From contig OY969931.1 of assembly GCA_963704705.1 (NCBI GenBank), positions 1,342,546-1,374,545 on the forward strand: a stretch of 32,000 bases of DNA, given 5' to 3'. The stretch comes from an uncultured bacterium (GTDB taxonomy: Bacteria; Patescibacteriota; Gracilibacteria; UBA1369; PNNO01). A model generated the notes under the pieces. The model did not search any database. It saw nothing but the letters and a program-made list of their open reading frames with translations, and was not told where the DNA came from. Of the stretch, positions 30,401 to 32,000 are shown in pieces. Positions within the stretch are counted from its first letter, which is position 1. Each line of letters starts with the position of its first letter. A program made the position numbers and the translations under genes.

Positions 30401-32000
30401 CGGAGCTACCGATAGCGAATTCTTAAATTATGATTATATTAAAGTCGGGCAGTTAGATGTATCTGCTTCAGGCAATTATGAAGGATTACTTGGTACAAAC
30501 ACCGCACAAACTTCTTATCTTTGGAACCCTGGAACCTCTTCAATTTACGGTACTGTGCTGATCGACGGAGACGCGACCGAAGTGGCAAAATGGTACTCTG
30601 AAAACGCGCTATGGAATTACGCAACCGGTGTTATTACAAACAATGGAATATTGGAAAAAACAACAAGTGTAAATAATCTTGAAAACAAAGGCGGAACAAT
30701 TCGTTCCGGAATTTATTCTACATTCATACTTCCGGGTCTCTCTCCTGGTTTCGAACATGAAACCGGCGCATTCACGGAATTTGCAGGTAATGTTACCGTC
30801 TCAACTATTGAGGCTGATGGCGGATATATGTGTTTTGGCGAATATAACGATATCGGCTCAACCTGTGAGCACAGTTCAACTGATCCGGTAACTGAATTTA
30901 CGGAGATAAACGGTGCGCCTACAATCTTTGATGATAACGGCTCAACTATTGATATAGCTAATGACATGACGTTCCTAAACGGTGTTAACGGCCTTACTAA
31001 TGATATCTTCTATATTTACGGCGGTTCAGTTGTAAATCAAACCGCTGATTCTTATGTACAGTTGCAGGATCATGTAAGTATGATCGTTGACGGTACATCT
31101 TCTAGTTATGCTTCGGAGGGTAATTTTGATATTAAAGGAACGGGTATTGGAAATCACGGATATTTAAGAGTAAGAAACAGAGCTAACTCACAATTAAACG
31201 GTCCAACAAATAATATCGGATCCATAATAATGAGCGGGGGTGTGAATGGCGATCAAACCATGCTTCAAATTGGTTCGGGAGCAACGGTAAATATTATTGA
31301 TACCTCAAGCGAAAACGGTAAAACAGGTGCTCTGCTTATTGGTTTAACTGATGTACCCGGAAATGAAATTTTAGTTAATGAGGGTGTTTTAAACTTAAAT
31401 TCAGGTGGAACTCAGAACATTCATTTAGGCATCGACTCCCCTGTAAACTGGGGTACCGACGGCATTACCATTGCCGCGGGTGGCTCATTGCAGCACACTA
31501 ACGGCTCAAATGGAACTCTTGATATTAATGATACTGGATTTATTTATGTCCAGGACGATTCAAACGCTGACCTTGATATGGATATCAACGGTTATACATA
31601 TATCGGCGGACATTTCGATCATACAAACAAGCATCATGGTGCGTTTGTTGACGGTCAGTTCAGATGTCAGGATTATCTTGATGTTGAAAGTGACGGTTTG
31701 ATGGATGTTGGATTAAACGGTGTCGTTACCGTTGCCGGTTCAACAACCGATGTTTACGGGGATGTGGAGTTGGACGGAACTTTGAATTCCGGCGACTTAA
31801 CAGTTTATTCGGGCGGTATTATTTCTTCAGGTGACGGTTCAGATGTAACAACCGGCGAAGGATGCGGACCTTTAGGCCAGTTCGGATGCGGAACAACAAC
31901 AAATTTCTATATAAATGCTGATAGTCTTGATGTTCAAAGCGGAGGTAAAATTTCATCTGACGGAGTGAGTGAAGACGAAACAAATACTACAATTACAACC
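27471..32000 (+). CDS. Third giant secreted beta-solenoid-like protein (>1510 aa); 3' end beyond the window
   Basis: Not in the ORF track because it has no stop. I translated frame 3 by hand from ATG 27471 to nt 32000 (exactly 1510 codons) and found no stop codon. It starts 6 nt after the gene 2 stop. Signal peptide MKKTKTNILAAIIGILLGSISIWLMPGALA|QD. Composition and repeat style match genes 1 and 2. Confidence 0.88.
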   Translation, partial: MKKTKTNILAAIIGILLGSISIWLMPGALAQDSSVAQIQVEVKSGCNWQGTPYASDLWVLDDTICILTGTHDIGANDVVVYEDDGGGGQLGGILIIGSDGVDTDITVGSTLINNGTLEIGVSGDPATNSNLQVNGTSIISATGSDGNLNILANSDTSSTCGPSFTDPCGNNTIELGSSLTIASSSTGGTFTNNDDSTTSTIDSISIYGPTQLNHGLLENLAGTITVTNQIDMYGYGEINNDGILTLGNVASYWNNYASADNSGTFNSPNTINIYSGSTLTNTGTWNGGTLYFTGSGTSENNSGTMNLSTLNFISSGTFNNTGTGDINVTGNIILNSGGTINNNDTGTVTVDAGTYIYNASSDINNNSSWQTDLLQIGLLPTAIGGSFNNYGSLSFPSPSVTSMNIINGGDLNNESTGTITVPTNIYMEGASGQISTITNTNTTDTDAIDVTGQINMDAYSLINNSGNLSTSGTNNIDIQDNGATITNTTNGYINLKGSAQEFNFDVAIDNDGTINTVSSALILSDTADLNNTTNGIVDINGSGKDLTLNNSANIDNAGVFNVIDATYLNDTSTTTQTAGDFNTVTLYLNDTTSAEANFTMSAGTVDVTGYTYVYDGGTVNNNVININGGTLNTATLRIGEIGSTNGGIINVDLTGSLSVIGGTYDHIYKGTLDIKSTSTATTPFTFDDRIYINGDGTEKGIINHNGSGTVHAYSWLSVYEYGEINIDNGIWNQHNSDFNVLSNAAGDIHGELNIGTNGTLYDVNILYAGRYDYGVSQNRPGGNIVNNGNMTAPGGGGDLMWLNWGGRLENYGTIDLGPTGYIEMDTRETFWTATGRSNYFLNDTGASFTSNNFLMYDNNDDPGNSHERDNLVDNNGSITIYHEMYLGNSSYDGGIINNNSDIQIAYKLWVYKGGVFNNNPDATVTGITSGTPDTMNILTVRGADALGNKATYNQFEGTDSPTQAYKTVTDNLSIGFTGATDSEFLNYDYIKVGQLDVSASGNYEGLLGTNTAQTSYLWNPGTSSIYGTVLIDGDATEVAKWYSENALWNYATGVITNNGILEKTTSVNNLENKGGTIRSGIYSTFILPGLSPGFEHETGAFTEFAGNVTVSTIEADGGYMCFGEYNDIGSTCEHSSTDPVTEFTEINGAPTIFDDNGSTIDIANDMTFLNGVNGLTNDIFYIYGGSVVNQTADSYVQLQDHVSMIVDGTSSSYASEGNFDIKGTGIGNHGYLRVRNRANSQLNGPTNNIGSIIMSGGVNGDQTMLQIGSGATVNIIDTSSENGKTGALLIGLTDVPGNEILVNEGVLNLNSGGTQNIHLGIDSPVNWGTDGITIAAGGSLQHTNGSNGTLDINDTGFIYVQDDSNADLDMDINGYTYIGGHFDHTNKHHGAFVDGQFRCQDYLDVESDGLMDVGLNGVVTVAGSTTDVYGDVELDGTLNSGDLTVYSGGIISSGDGSDVTTGEGCGPLGQFGCGTTTNFYINADSLDVQSGGKISSDGVSEDETNTTITT

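Noticed and set aside
13373-32000. RTX toxin/T1SS substrate, autotransporter, or DGR/invertase-driven variable locus
   Set aside because: The glycine motifs (GGGGRI..) lack the GGxGxD nonapeptide aspartates. I recognised no C-terminal beta-barrel-like or LPXTG ending. No reverse transcriptase, invertase or template-repeat-like duplicate is visible in the window.

Overview
Low-GC bacterial window (single 60-nt lines I counted by hand give 28-35% GC) that falls into three blocks. (1) 1-10.4 kb holds housekeeping genes. The + strand carries a 5'-truncated topA, an orphan secreted W-repeat protein, a RAYT-like Y1 (HUH) transposase, a phosphomannomutase/phosphoglucomutase and a processive GT2 glycan synthase. 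The - strand carries nadM, nadE and smpB. Every intergenic gap between 4.85 and 8.65 kb contains copies of one palindromic motif (TTACTWAGTAA plus a C/G run). The transposase gene is bracketed by oppositely oriented arrays of it, a REPtron-like arrangement. (2) 10.54-13.30 kb is a single gene at about 60% GC with its own Shine-Dalgarno site and intrinsic terminator. It encodes a secreted protein with seven myxobacterial-type cysteine-rich repeats and a Cys-containing C-terminal sorting-like tail. This is either a horizontally acquired island or an assembly chimera. (3) 13.37-32.0 kb holds three tightly abutted giant genes (3317 aa, 1376 aa, and >1510 aa running off the window; the last is absent from the ORF track because it has no stop). 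They encode N/T/S/G/Y-rich, beta-solenoid-like surface proteins. The first carries a membrane-anchored fungalysin-like metalloprotease head, and the two complete paralogs share a glycine-rich C-terminal cassette I cannot assign to a named family. This block is my best candidate for an undescribed system. An archaeal-type NadM, the near absence of SD sites and the giant surface proteins fit a reduced-genome, possibly CPR/Patescibacteria-like organism, but that is inference only. I found no rRNA, tRNA or CRISPR. TGA, TAA and TAG all act as stops at natural protein ends, so the standard code applies.
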